Notes under the pieces: model-generated
What the model saw: only the letters and a program-made list of their open reading frames with translations
What the model was told of the DNA's origin: nothing
The model's database searches: none
Translations under genes and position numbers: made by a program
In this document: one piece after another, positions 1-8,343 of the stretch
Layout of the letters: the number at the start of each line of letters is the position of its first letter
Numbering within the stretch: the first letter of the stretch is position 1
Origin: Candidatus Saccharimonadota bacterium
GTDB taxonomy: Bacteria > Bacteroidota > Bacteroidia > Cytophagales > Amoebophilaceae
NCBI RefSeq assembly: GCF_936981045.1
Contig: NZ_OW441264.1
Span: 30,001-62,000, forward strand
Direction: 5' to 3'
Length of the DNA stretch: 32,000 nucleotides

Positions 1-706
1 TTACCTTAAGTAGTTTTAATTGAGTGTAAAATAACTCCTCAAACTTAAGCCTTCTTTGAGCTTGATTAAGTACGGTTTGACTACTCGGGAAATGAATATT
101 TCCAAAGGCCTCTTTTAAAGAAACAAGTTGATAGCGCGTCAATAAATAGTCCGGTAATGTTTCTTCTACAATTGCACCAAGCTGACTCAACAGCTTCTTT
201 TGTAAGAAAGCGATCCCCTTAGTGTCCAGCTGATTACGCTTTAATTTTTCTGTGCTATGATATAAAGGAACCAAATTGATTGTATTTCCTTGATTGCCAA
301 TTGCAAGAGTAATTTCCGGGTGGATAAGTTGTTTCTGGCCTTGTGGCAAAAAGAGAGGCTTTCCCCAAATACGGTAGCGTACGTTTGGCTTGATCTTCTT
401 TATGATCCAAGAAAAGTTATGAAACCATATAAGTTCTATTTGTCCTGTACCGTCTTCAAATAGCGCTACCAATCTTTTTTTCCCTTTATCTATTCTTTGC
501 AGTCTTTTAATATACCCTTGCAGTTGTACACTAGAGGTAGTAGGAATTAATGCGGCAATAGTAAACTGATTGTTTCGATCTTCATATCGGAATGGATAAT
601 GTTTTAAAAGGTCTTCATAGGTATGTATACCTAATTCATCCTTAAGCAATTGCGCTTTGTCCAATTCTGTAAGGAGTCCTATATCTCTAGAGAAAAAACT
701 ATCCAT
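1..706 (-). CDS. recG: ATP-dependent DNA helicase RecG, N-terminal part (rest of gene lies beyond window start)
   Basis: Hand translation of the minus strand from ATG at 706-704 gives MDSFFSRDIGLLTELDKAQLLKDELGIHTYEDLLKHYPFRYEDRNNQF...GNIHFPSSQTVLNQAQRRLKFEELFYTQLKLL, open to position 1. The HYPxRYEDR region and the RRLKFEELF helix are typical of RecG N-termini. It is missing from the ORF track because the window edge truncates it. Confidence 0.75.
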   Translation of the reverse strand, partial: MDSFFSRDIGLLTELDKAQLLKDELGIHTYEDLLKHYPFRYEDRNNQFTIAALIPTTSSVQLQGYIKRLQRIDKGKKRLVALFEDGTGQIELIWFHNFSWIIKKIKPNVRYRIWGKPLFLPQGQKQLIHPEITLAIGNQGNTINLVPLYHSTEKLKRNQLDTKGIAFLQKKLLSQLGAIVEETLPDYLLTRYQLVSLKEAFGNIHFPSSQTVLNQAQRRLKFEELFYTQLKLLKV

Positions 707-743
707 AATAAGATCTGTTCAGGATACATTGATCCTTTCCTAT

Positions 744-891
744 TTATCCACACCTATTTTAAAAGATATTATAAGTAATTTAATACAAATGAAAAAAAAC
801 TTACTTTTATTACTAAGTGGATTTGTGGAAAGATATAAGTTAAAAACAGAATTGTGGATATCTATTTATTAATATACTTTGTTTATCCACC
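744..891. promoter_or_regulatory. Cluster of DnaA-box-like 9-mers (candidate oriC core or DnaA-regulated recG promoter region)
   Basis: TTATCCACA is perfect at 744-752. TGTGGATAT at 853-861 equals ATATCCACA on the other strand (1 mismatch). TTATCCACC at 883-891 has 1 mismatch. TGTGGAAAG at 824-832 has 2 mismatches. The cluster is followed by about 650 bp of very AT-rich non-coding DNA. Confidence 0.4.
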
Positions 892-1548
892 GATTGGTTT
901 ATGTTAGAAGTAAGTATGTAAGCTTATGATTAGTTTAGAAGCTAAAACATTTTAAATGTAGTTGATTTTAAGGATAGTTGTATACCTAAATGGTTACAAT
1001 TTTAATAACTATTTAGTTTAAGTATACTATTATATATATTGATTTTCAATTACTCTGTAAAAGATATAGCTGGATGCAAACCGCCTTATTCATTTTTTCC
1101 TGAATAGGTTGATTATCAATAGTATGTAATTAGTCTTGGGCCAATATTGGGATTAATGTGTTTTAGTACGGTGCTATACTATGGTAAATAAATAGTAGGA
1201 AATGTGAATAAAAGTGTGTGCAACTAGGTCCTTGATAACTTTGGTTATATCTCTAGTATAAATATTGATAGAGGTGTTTTTAGATTGTTGATCTTTAAGA
1301 GATCGTTTATAAGTGAATAGATGGGTAAGTGTTTTGTGGAAACCTAAAAAAAGGAGTTTGTATGTTTACTTTTCGTTTGGTAAAAGGAATGGTTGCGCCT
1401 AACTTTTTACTTGATAAAAAAGTAGGAATAAAATCAAGCCCTAATGTAAAGTTGGAAGTGTTCTATAAACTGTGTCAAGGCGATAAAAAGTTATAAATTA
1501 ATTAAATAAACATTAAAGGTTTTAGACATGGAAGAAAATAAGGACAAT

Positions 1549-2381
1549 GGTTCTGTCGCGTTTATTCTAAAAAATGATTATTTTAGTATCGGTATTTAAA
1601 AAAGTAGTTATTATGTTTAATATTTCTCCCGAGTTATTACCATATTTTAAAGGTTATTGTTCTTCATCAGAAGTCATCCTGTTATTTGTATACATGAAGT
1701 GTCGTTTTTCCTTGAGCTATAGAGATTTGGAAGAGATGATGCGTATGAGAGGCGCAAGAGTTGATCATTCTACGCTACAGAGATGGGTTATTAAGTTTGT
1801 TCCTCTGATAGATAAAGCAGTAAGAAAAAGAAAACGACCAATTGGTAGTAGTTGGAAAATGGATGAAACCTATGTTAAACTAAACGGGAAGTGGATCTAT
1901 TTATATAGAGCAGTAGATCGTTATGGTGATACAGTTGACTTTTTTCTATCTGATCATAGAGACAAGTCTTCAACGCTTTCTTTTTTTCGCAAGGCGATCA
2001 CAGAAAATAATATTCCTAAGAAAGTAGTAATTGACAAAAGCGGTAGTAATAAAGCTGCCCTTGATGCGATCAATACAGATCTTGATCAAGATCATACCAT
2101 TCAAATATTTCAAAACAAATATTTGAATAATAGAGTTGAACAAGATCATAGGTTTATCAAAAAACGGATAAAACCTATGCTGGGTTTTAAGAATTTTTAT
2201 TCTGCTTCCATTACTATTTCAGGGATAGAAAACATTCGTATGATTCAAAAAGGACAAGTAAGAGGAGCTAAAAATCATCTTTCTACTTTTGAGAACTTTG
2301 CTATCTTAATGGCCGCATAATATCCAAAATTTGACTTAAACGAAAAACCTATACTAAGAAAACTATAGACGCGACAGAACC
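1549..2381 (+). mobile_element. IS6-family insertion sequence, copy 1 (divergent subfamily; only copy with an uninterrupted transposase frame)
   Basis: Terminal inverted repeats are GGTTCTGTCGCGT at 1549-1561 and its complement at 2369-2381. The element is 833 bp with a single transposase ORF. The flanks (AGGACAAT / GCTAGATC) show no 8-bp target duplication. Confidence 0.9.
1613..2320 (+). CDS. IS6-family DDE transposase (full length, about 235 aa)
   Basis: The ORF-track entry is 1574..2320; the likely start is MFNISPELLPYFKGY at 1613. The N-terminal HTH-like region is FKGYCSSSEVILLFVYMKCRFSLSYRDLEEMMRMRGARVDHSTLQRWV. DDE-type motifs are WKMDETYVKL, VVIDKSGSN and NNRVEQDHRFIKKR, as in IS26/IS240-type transposases. 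Confidence 0.9.
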   Translation: MFNISPELLPYFKGYCSSSEVILLFVYMKCRFSLSYRDLEEMMRMRGARVDHSTLQRWVIKFVPLIDKAVRKRKRPIGSSWKMDETYVKLNGKWIYLYRAVDRYGDTVDFFLSDHRDKSSTLSFFRKAITENNIPKKVVIDKSGSNKAALDAINTDLDQDHTIQIFQNKYLNNRVEQDHRFIKKRIKPMLGFKNFYSASITISGIENIRMIQKGQVRGAKNHLSTFENFAILMAA

Positions 2382-2387
2382 GCTAGA

Positions 2388-2425
2388 TCTGCAGGTCGGA
2401 TGCTGATGTTACAACTTTAAGGGTA
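2388..2425 (+). repeat. 3' arm of a P-type palindromic intergenic repeat, abutting the IS6 copy 1 end
   Basis: CTGCAGGTCGGATGCTGATGTTACAACTTTAAGGGTA aligns with CTTCAGGGCGGATTCTGATTTTCCAACTTTAAGGGTA at 31714-31750. Confidence 0.55.
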
Positions 2426-2508
2426 CATTTTCAACAACTTTTTGCATCAGATCTTGATTTTTTTGCCTACTTTTTTATCAAGACAAAAGTAAGGTAAACA
2501 TTTCTTTT

Positions 2509-3252
2509 TTACACACCACGAGAAATATACTTTTCACGTCTTATGTGTTGTGGATTAAAACCCATTTTTTGCAACTTTTCCATACTATCATCAATCATAT
2601 ATGAATTACCACAGAGGTATACCAGATCAGTGATTGGGTTTAAGTTAAGTGTTTCAAAGGCTGATTGTACGTATCCTGAATATTGATAAGATGTGGTCAA
2701 TGCATCTGCTCTACTTAAATGGCTACGAAAATGAAAATTTTTATACTTTTTAGCAAAAGCTATAAAATCTTCTGCATAGAGTAGGTCATTGGCGTAACGT
2801 ACACCTAATAGCAACGTTACTTTTAGTGTTTCGTCTTCTTCTAGCCATTTGGCAATGGTAGGCAACATAGAACGATAGGGCGCTACACCTGTTCCAGTCG
2901 CTACTAATATATACTGGGAGGGCCTTTCTGTTTCTTGAAGGATGAATCTACCTTTAGGCCCTACACAACATAACTCATCTCCGATTTTTAAATTAAAGAG
3001 GATTTTAGTAGCAAACCCACCCTCAACAGGTGCGATTGCGATTTCCAATTTGTTGCCTTGCTCAGGACTATTGGCTAAGCTATAGCTACGTGGTACTATT
3101 TTACCAGACTCGTGTGGCAACAAAAAAGTAATAAATTGGCCCGGTATAAATAGAAAAGGCAGCTTATCAGAACGTATAAAGGTCAACTGTGCTACGCTAG
3201 GTGTAAGCATGGTGGACCCTATATACTCAACTTTAAATTGCTTGGTTTCCAT
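2509..3252 (-). CDS. Ferredoxin-NADP(+) reductase-like FAD/NAD(P)-binding oxidoreductase
   Basis: 247-aa ORF. It carries an RSYS FAD-binding motif (PRSYSLAN), a GTGVAPYRSM NAD(P)-binding motif and a C-terminal CGNSYM motif, which is the plant-type FNR / flavodoxin reductase fold signature. Confidence 0.75.
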   Translation of the reverse strand: METKQFKVEYIGSTMLTPSVAQLTFIRSDKLPFLFIPGQFITFLLPHESGKIVPRSYSLANSPEQGNKLEIAIAPVEGGFATKILFNLKIGDELCCVGPKGRFILQETERPSQYILVATGTGVAPYRSMLPTIAKWLEEDETLKVTLLLGVRYANDLLYAEDFIAFAKKYKNFHFRSHLSRADALTTSYQYSGYVQSAFETLNLNPITDLVYLCGNSYMIDDSMEKLQKMGFNPQHIRREKYISRGV

Positions 3253-3585
3253 TATTTATATTTATACTATATGTGGTATACCAATGACCACATCCTCTGT
3301 TTTTTATCTATCTACTGCTTTGCTTTAAGCCAGTATCCGTTCAATCAATGGTGCCCAACTCACAGATTACATTTGTTCAGCCTTCTAGCAACATGAAACA
3401 AGAAAAATACCTCTTGAGGCCGTTGCAATAGAAAACTAAGTTTTTATAAGATAGAGGTAATTATCGCCTAATAGTTACTTTTAAGTATTAAAAATACATA
3501 AACAATAATATTTCTAGTCTAGAAACATTACAAATATGTCCGAATTATTATAGTAAAACCATGTAGAATCTTCTATTACAATGGC

Positions 3586-3707
3586 CTCCTCTTGTAAAAA
3601 GTTGCGACGAGAAAATGGACCTTACAGCTGAGGAGCAAATCAGTTTAATGGGACCGCATGACGGCTTCTGTTTTTCCTGACCTGTTTTCAGCAGCTTTTT
3701 GCATAGG
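3586..3707 (+). repeat. P-type palindromic intergenic repeat, copy P1
   Basis: The 5' arm CTCTTGTAAAAAGTTGCGACGAGAAAATGGACC pairs with the 3' arm GTTTTCAGCAGCTTTTTGCATAGG. It is homologous to the copies at 15884, 26587 and 31646. Confidence 0.6.
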
Positions 3708-4035
3708 GTTTGGATATGTGGGCTATTTTCTTATCAAGAAAAAAGATATAAGTATCATACAAATTCCTTTTCGGTATTTGAACCCCCAAGTTTAAAAAAA
3801 ACTAAGCATGAATCAAAACTTTTTATAAGAAATCAAAGACGTATCATGAAGCTTTGACTATTTAGTCGTCCCTGAAGTATTCTTAATCAATAGGTTTATT
3901 TCAATCATACTATTTTTTAAGACTCGGATTTATAGGATGTTCTTTATTTGAACTAAACCCGTTAGGGGTATAAGTGCTCAGGTAGAGCGCTTCTTAGTTA
4001 TACAACAGGAGTTCTGATTGATTATGTTGGTATTA

Positions 4036-4275
4036 ACGTGAGTTCGGGATTTATTTGACTGATTTACAACAATTTAATATCAATTATTTAGTTAATATTT
4101 GCACCTATTTAACAAGTTTTTATATCTAATTTTATAAATATAATATATATAATAAACTGATTATAAGAATTATTTGTTATTCAACTACCTATTTAACTGT
4201 CTATAAAACAAATTTTATAAATTTTTATTAATATTGATTATCAAATGAAAAAATAATCTAATCTCGAACTCACGT
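4036..4275 (+). mobile_element. 240-bp non-coding MITE, copy a
   Basis: The terminal inverted repeat is ACGTGAGTTCGGGATT ... AATCTCGAACTCACGT. The interior is very AT-rich with no ORF. It is near-identical to the copies at 11481, 24817 and 30366 (inverted). Flanks are TATTA / TAATA. Confidence 0.85.
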
Positions 4276-4419
4276 TAATACATAATTCATGGTTAAACAT
4301 TTTGATGGTTCATGATAAAGCATTAAATTCAGGTGATCCATTGCCTTTCTCTTGATGTAGGCTTAGGCTAAACTTAGGTGTAGGGGCGTATTTGTTTTTG
4401 GAATCTTTATTGTATCATC

Positions 4420-5397
4420 ATGGTCGTTGCGCAGCTCTATTTGTATCTTTTTCTTATCGTTGGGTGTTTTATATTTTTTTATTTTTTTCCAGTTGGTCTT
4501 TGGATTACAGCCCGTTTTTCTGGCGTGCAAGTTGGGTTGTTTGAGTTGGTTTTTATGCGTATTCGTAAGGTTCCGCCTGCTGTTATTGTAGATGGGCTTG
4601 TAGTAGCGACTAAGGCTGGGCTTAAGTTAACCCTCATTGAGGTTGAAACCCATTATTTAGCTGGTGGGCATGTGCCATCTGTTATTAAAGCGCTTATTTC
4701 TGCAGACAAAGCCAATATTAGCCTTTCGTTTAAGCAAGCTACTGCTATTGACTTAGCGGGTAGGGATGTATTTGAGGCCGTTCAAATTTCTGTTAATCCA
4801 AAGGTGATCAATACGCCTTCTGTAGCAGCTGTGGCGATGGATGGCATTCAGCTTATTGCCCAGGCAAGGGTTACGGTTAGAGCCAATATTCAGCAATTGG
4901 TAGGTGGTGCTGGAGAAGAAACCATTTTGGCCCGTGTAGGGGAGGGGATTGTTACCTCGATTGGTTCTTCTACGAGTCACAAGGAAGTATTGGCCAATCC
5001 TGATACCATTTCGCAGTTGGTATTGAATAGGGGCTTGGATTCAGGCACTGCTTTCCAAATACTTTCCATTGACATTGCTGACGTCGATGTGGGCGACAAC
5101 ATTGGCGCCAAGCTCCAAATTGATCAAGCCAATGCCGACTTGCGTGTAGCCGAAGCTAAAGCAGAGGAAAAGCGAACTATGGCGGTAGCCTTAGAGCAAG
5201 AAATGAAGGCTAAATCTGAGGAAGCAAGGGCTAAGGTTATTTTAGCTGAAGCAGAAGTACCACAGGCTTTGGCGGTTGCTTTAAGAAATGGCCAGTTTGG
5301 GGTGATGGATTATTATCGTATGCAAAATATCAAAGCAGATACCCAAATGCGTATTAGTGTGGCAACAGATGATATGCTGCCTATTAAAGGACATTAG
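4420..5397 (+). CDS. floA: Flotillin-like protein FloA (UPF0365/YqfA family)
   Basis: 325-aa ORF with an N-terminal TM/hairpin, then [13 protein letters not shown]...[10 protein letters not shown]...[14 protein letters not shown]...[28 protein letters not shown] and a C-terminal Ala/Glu-rich coiled coil. This is the full-length pattern of FloA. Confidence 0.85.
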   Translation: MVVAQLYLYLFLIVGCFIFFYFFPVGLWITARFSGVQVGLFELVFMRIRKVPPAVIVDGLVVATKAGLKLTLIEVETHYLAGGHVPSVIKALISADKANISLSFKQATAIDLAGRDVFEAVQISVNPKVINTPSVAAVAMDGIQLIAQARVTVRANIQQLVGGAGEETILARVGEGIVTSIGSSTSHKEVLANPDTISQLVLNRGLDSGTAFQILSIDIADVDVGDNIGAKLQIDQANADLRVAEAKAEEKRTMAVALEQEMKAKSEEARAKVILAEAEVPQALAVALRNGQFGVMDYYRMQNIKADTQMRISVATDDMLPIKGH

Positions 5398-5568
5398 TGG
5401 TTCTGTCGCGTCTATATTTTCTTTTTGTATAGCTCTTCTCTTTACCTTAAATTTTGATTATTATTCGGCCATTAGCATAACAAAATTCTCAAAAGTAGAA
5501 AGATGATTTTTAGCTCCGATTACTTGTCCTTTTTGAATCATAGGAATGTTTTCTATCTCTACAATGGT

Positions 5569-7534
5569 CTAGAGTAAAGAAATGGTTGGACCACTTAAAA
5601 TTAAGCATATCTATTGCTTCTGATTGCTCGCAATACAGTAGCTGACTAACTTGATTCTTCATTGTTTACCCATTCCCTTCTCATCCCAAGGTACGTTCAG
5701 TTTTCCCGAATACGGCGGTCCGACAGTCTTCTTCATAAACCTTGCACAACTCTCTCAGGATACTTAATCATTCCACTACCAATGTACAACATCCCCATTG
5801 TATAGAGTTTGCTATTGGGACAGCTTTGCCACCCACATCCACGGCCTTTTCTTCTATGGGTTAAGTATCTGCGAAATCGGTTATTAATAAAGTCCTGCAA
5901 TCTAACAAAAGCTTCACTCGCATTCGTATGTTTAAAATAGTTAACCCATCCTAACACTACTGGTTTTATTTGCTCGATGAATGCTTGAGGTTTGATTGGT
6001 GCTCTTCTACAAGTCAGGTATTTTAGTCTGTTACGGATGCTTTGTTGGGATTGTTTCGTTGGAAATACATAAATGCTATTTCTGCCACTTGTTGGACTCT
6101 TTCTTTTTACAAAGTAAAAACCTATGAAGTTAAAGCCTTCTTTCAGTTTCGTTATTCGTGTCTTTTGGTGGTTAATAATGAGCGATAACCTCCTTACTAA
6201 TTCTGTGAATTTCTCCAGCGCTAAGCTAGCACTCTTACGACATACCAAAATTGCATCATCACAATACCTATGCAAGGTTGCGCTTAGCTTTTCTGGATAC
6301 CCCCTTGAGTGCCACACTTGGTCTATAACATTTAGGTAGATATTACTATACAACGGTGATATTGGTGATCCTTGCGGTACTCCAACTTTCTTGCATGTAA
6401 TTTTACCTTGTTTTACTATTGACGTTGTTAGGGTTTGTTTAATTAGCTTCAACATACTGCCATCTGCTATCCTTTTACTAATAAGTTTTAATAACTTTTC
6501 ATGTGGGATGCTAATAAAGTATGATTGAAAATCAATCTCAACTACGCCCCATGCCTGCTGGTATAGATCTTCTCGGATCACTAAACTCGCTTGTTTGGCT
6601 CCTCGTTTCGGTCTATAGCCGTATGAACATTCATGAAAATCAGCTTCGAAGATCGGTTCAATGACTATTTTCATTGCTGTGAGCACTATGAGATCTTCTA
6701 CGGTCATTACCTCTAGTGGCCTTGTTCCACCTTTAGCTTTGGGTATTTCTACCAACCTGCTTGAGGTAAATTTGTATAGCTTTGCGCGTAGTTGCTGCTG
6801 CAATTTATTGATAATCTTTGCCTCACCTTGATCTATTATATCACTTATGCTTTTACCATCAATCCCTGCTGAACCTTGATTTGCTTTGACTTGACGCCAA
6901 GCTTCCCAAAGTACATCTTTTAGATAAATTTTATCATATATACTATAAAATCTGACTTCCTTACATTGCTTGGATTTGAGATATAGAGTTCTTTGGAGTT
7001 GCTGAACTTTTAATGTTCCGTTCATAGCTTTAGGGCAATCAGACATTCTCAACTCTTTTAAACTCGTTAACTGAAGTAGGGTCCCTTTCCTCTTGAGTGG
7101 TTTCCCAATCAATACGAACGGTATTATAGACCCCGCGGACTTCTGATATCACCCTTATTGATTTCGCTTTACTTATACAATAAAGTTTCCAGTGGCCTAC
7201 TGGATTCATATCAGATCTCCCGGACTACGATGTGAAACATTCATAGCGTGCAACCCCTAACACCCCGGCACTTGTATGATGGTCATGGTCTATTTTTTCC
7301 ATCCTACTATCAGCCTTCCTGTAGCCACTAGATAGTCGGCAAATGCGCTTAAACGGCTTAACGAGGCTAATTTAGGTTCACTTTTGTTGCAGCCCGCTAT
7401 TTTGCAGATGCATTTAAAGGTAACTTAAACCTGTGAATCACCCCACAAATCCAACCTCCTGCTAGACTCCCGAAATAGACAAATTAGAGTCAGGGGACTT
7501 ACACCCCATTTGTTGCACACCTGTGCCGGCGTGC
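5569..7534 (-). mobile_element. Group II intron (about 1.97 kb insert) with an intron-encoded RT/maturase
   Basis: Boundaries come from alignment with uninterrupted IS6 copies. The RT ORF lies in the same orientation as the host transposase. A domain V-like hairpin lies at about 5685-5720 (RNA: CGCCGUAUUCGG GAAAA CUGAACGUAC). GUGUG lies at 7520-7516 on the minus strand. Confidence 0.8.
5733..7112 (-). CDS. Group II intron reverse transcriptase/maturase
   Basis: 459-aa maximal ORF; the real start may be at 7046 or 7025. Supporting segments are WRQVKANQGSAGIDG, RPKRGAKQA, GVPQGSPISPLYSNIYLN and HRYCDDAILVC (a YxDD palm motif), plus a maturase X-domain-like segment LGWVNYFKH. I see no obvious HNH endonuclease domain. 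Confidence 0.85.
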   Translation of the reverse strand: MIGKPLKRKGTLLQLTSLKELRMSDCPKAMNGTLKVQQLQRTLYLKSKQCKEVRFYSIYDKIYLKDVLWEAWRQVKANQGSAGIDGKSISDIIDQGEAKIINKLQQQLRAKLYKFTSSRLVEIPKAKGGTRPLEVMTVEDLIVLTAMKIVIEPIFEADFHECSYGYRPKRGAKQASLVIREDLYQQAWGVVEIDFQSYFISIPHEKLLKLISKRIADGSMLKLIKQTLTTSIVKQGKITCKKVGVPQGSPISPLYSNIYLNVIDQVWHSRGYPEKLSATLHRYCDDAILVCRKSASLALEKFTELVRRLSLIINHQKTRITKLKEGFNFIGFYFVKRKSPTSGRNSIYVFPTKQSQQSIRNRLKYLTCRRAPIKPQAFIEQIKPVVLGWVNYFKHTNASEAFVRLQDFINNRFRRYLTHRRKGRGCGWQSCPNSKLYTMGMLYIGSGMIKYPERVVQGL

Positions 7535-8343
7535 AATGGCTGCAGACTTAAAACACTTAAAACTAAGCATAGGTTTTAGCCGTTTTTTGATAAACCTATG
7601 ATCTTGTTCAACTCTATTATTCAAGTATTTGTTTTGAAATATTTGAATGGTATGATCTTGATCAAGTTCTGTATTGATCGTATCAAGGGCAGCTTTATTA
7701 CTACCGCTTTTGTCAATTACTACTTTCTTAGGAATATTATTTTCTGTGATCGCCTTACGAAAAAAAGAAAAAGCTACAGACTTGTCTCTATGCTCAGATA
7801 GAAAAAAGTTAACTGTATCACCATAACGATCTACTGCTCTATATAAATAGATCCACTTCCCGTTTAGTTTAACATAGGTTTCATCCATTCTCCAACTACC
7901 ACCAACTGGTCGTTTTCTTTTGCTTACTGCTTCATCTATAAGAGGAACAAATTTAATAACCCATCTTTGTAGCGTAGAATGATCAACTCTTGCGCCTCTC
8001 ATACGCATCATATCTTCCAAATCTCTATAGCTCAAGGAAAAACAATACTTCATCTAGACAAATAACAGGATGACTTCTGCTGAAGAACAATAGCCCTTAA
8101 AATAAGGTAATAATTTGGGCGAAATATTAAACATAATAACTACTTTTTTAACTGCAGATACTAAAATAATGATTTTTTAGAATAAACGCGACAGAACCTT
8201 TTTAGATGCTCTACCATTTACCGTAGCAAAACGCACCCTATAAATAGAATAGTTAGGAGCCTACTCTATGAAAAACAAATACATACTTTTATATTTGAAA
8301 TTGTCTATCCTTATATCAAAAGGTAAAAGTAAAATTTGTTTGT

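Larger units (their letters stand above)
5461..8053 (-). pseudogene. IS6-family transposase gene split by an intron and carrying an upstream in-frame TAG
   Basis: Exon-like parts are 7535-8053 (MKYCFSLSYRDLEDMM...KSAAI) and 5461-5568 (TIVEIENIPMIQKGQVIGAKNHLSTFENFVMLMAE*). A TAG at 8054-8056 replaces the Tyr codon seen in copy 1. Confidence 0.85.
5399..8198 (-). mobile_element. IS6-family insertion sequence, copy 2, interrupted by a group II intron
   Basis: The right-end IR GGTTCTGTCGCGTCTATATTTT starts at 5399, 1 nt after the floA stop codon. The left-end IR complement ends at 8198. The transposase coding sequence is split at 5568/5569 and 7534/7535. Flanks ACATTAGT / TTTTTAGA are not duplicated. 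Confidence 0.9.

Noticed and set aside
657-872. ORFs 657..872, 19705..19902 and 26569..26778 might be small genes.
   Set aside because: They overlap, respectively, the recG start and DnaA-box region; a hairpin repeat plus the IS6 right end; and a P-type palindromic repeat. None shows any coding signature.
3965-4020. A tRNA-like stretch, GGGGTATAAGTGCTCAGGTAGAGCGC..., resembles an acceptor plus D-arm.
   Set aside because: The D-loop is too short. I could not form an anticodon arm or a GTTCGAATC-type T-arm, and no complementary 3' acceptor strand lies downstream. At best it is a tRNA remnant.
8199-8250. A minus-strand tRNA-like 5' fragment (GGGTGCG..GCTACGGTAAATGGTAGAGCA) abuts the left IR of IS6 copy 2.
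   Set aside because: Only a D-arm-like motif is present. The spacing after the putative acceptor stem is wrong, and the IS cuts off the rest. This is not enough to call a tRNA or even a confident pseudogene.
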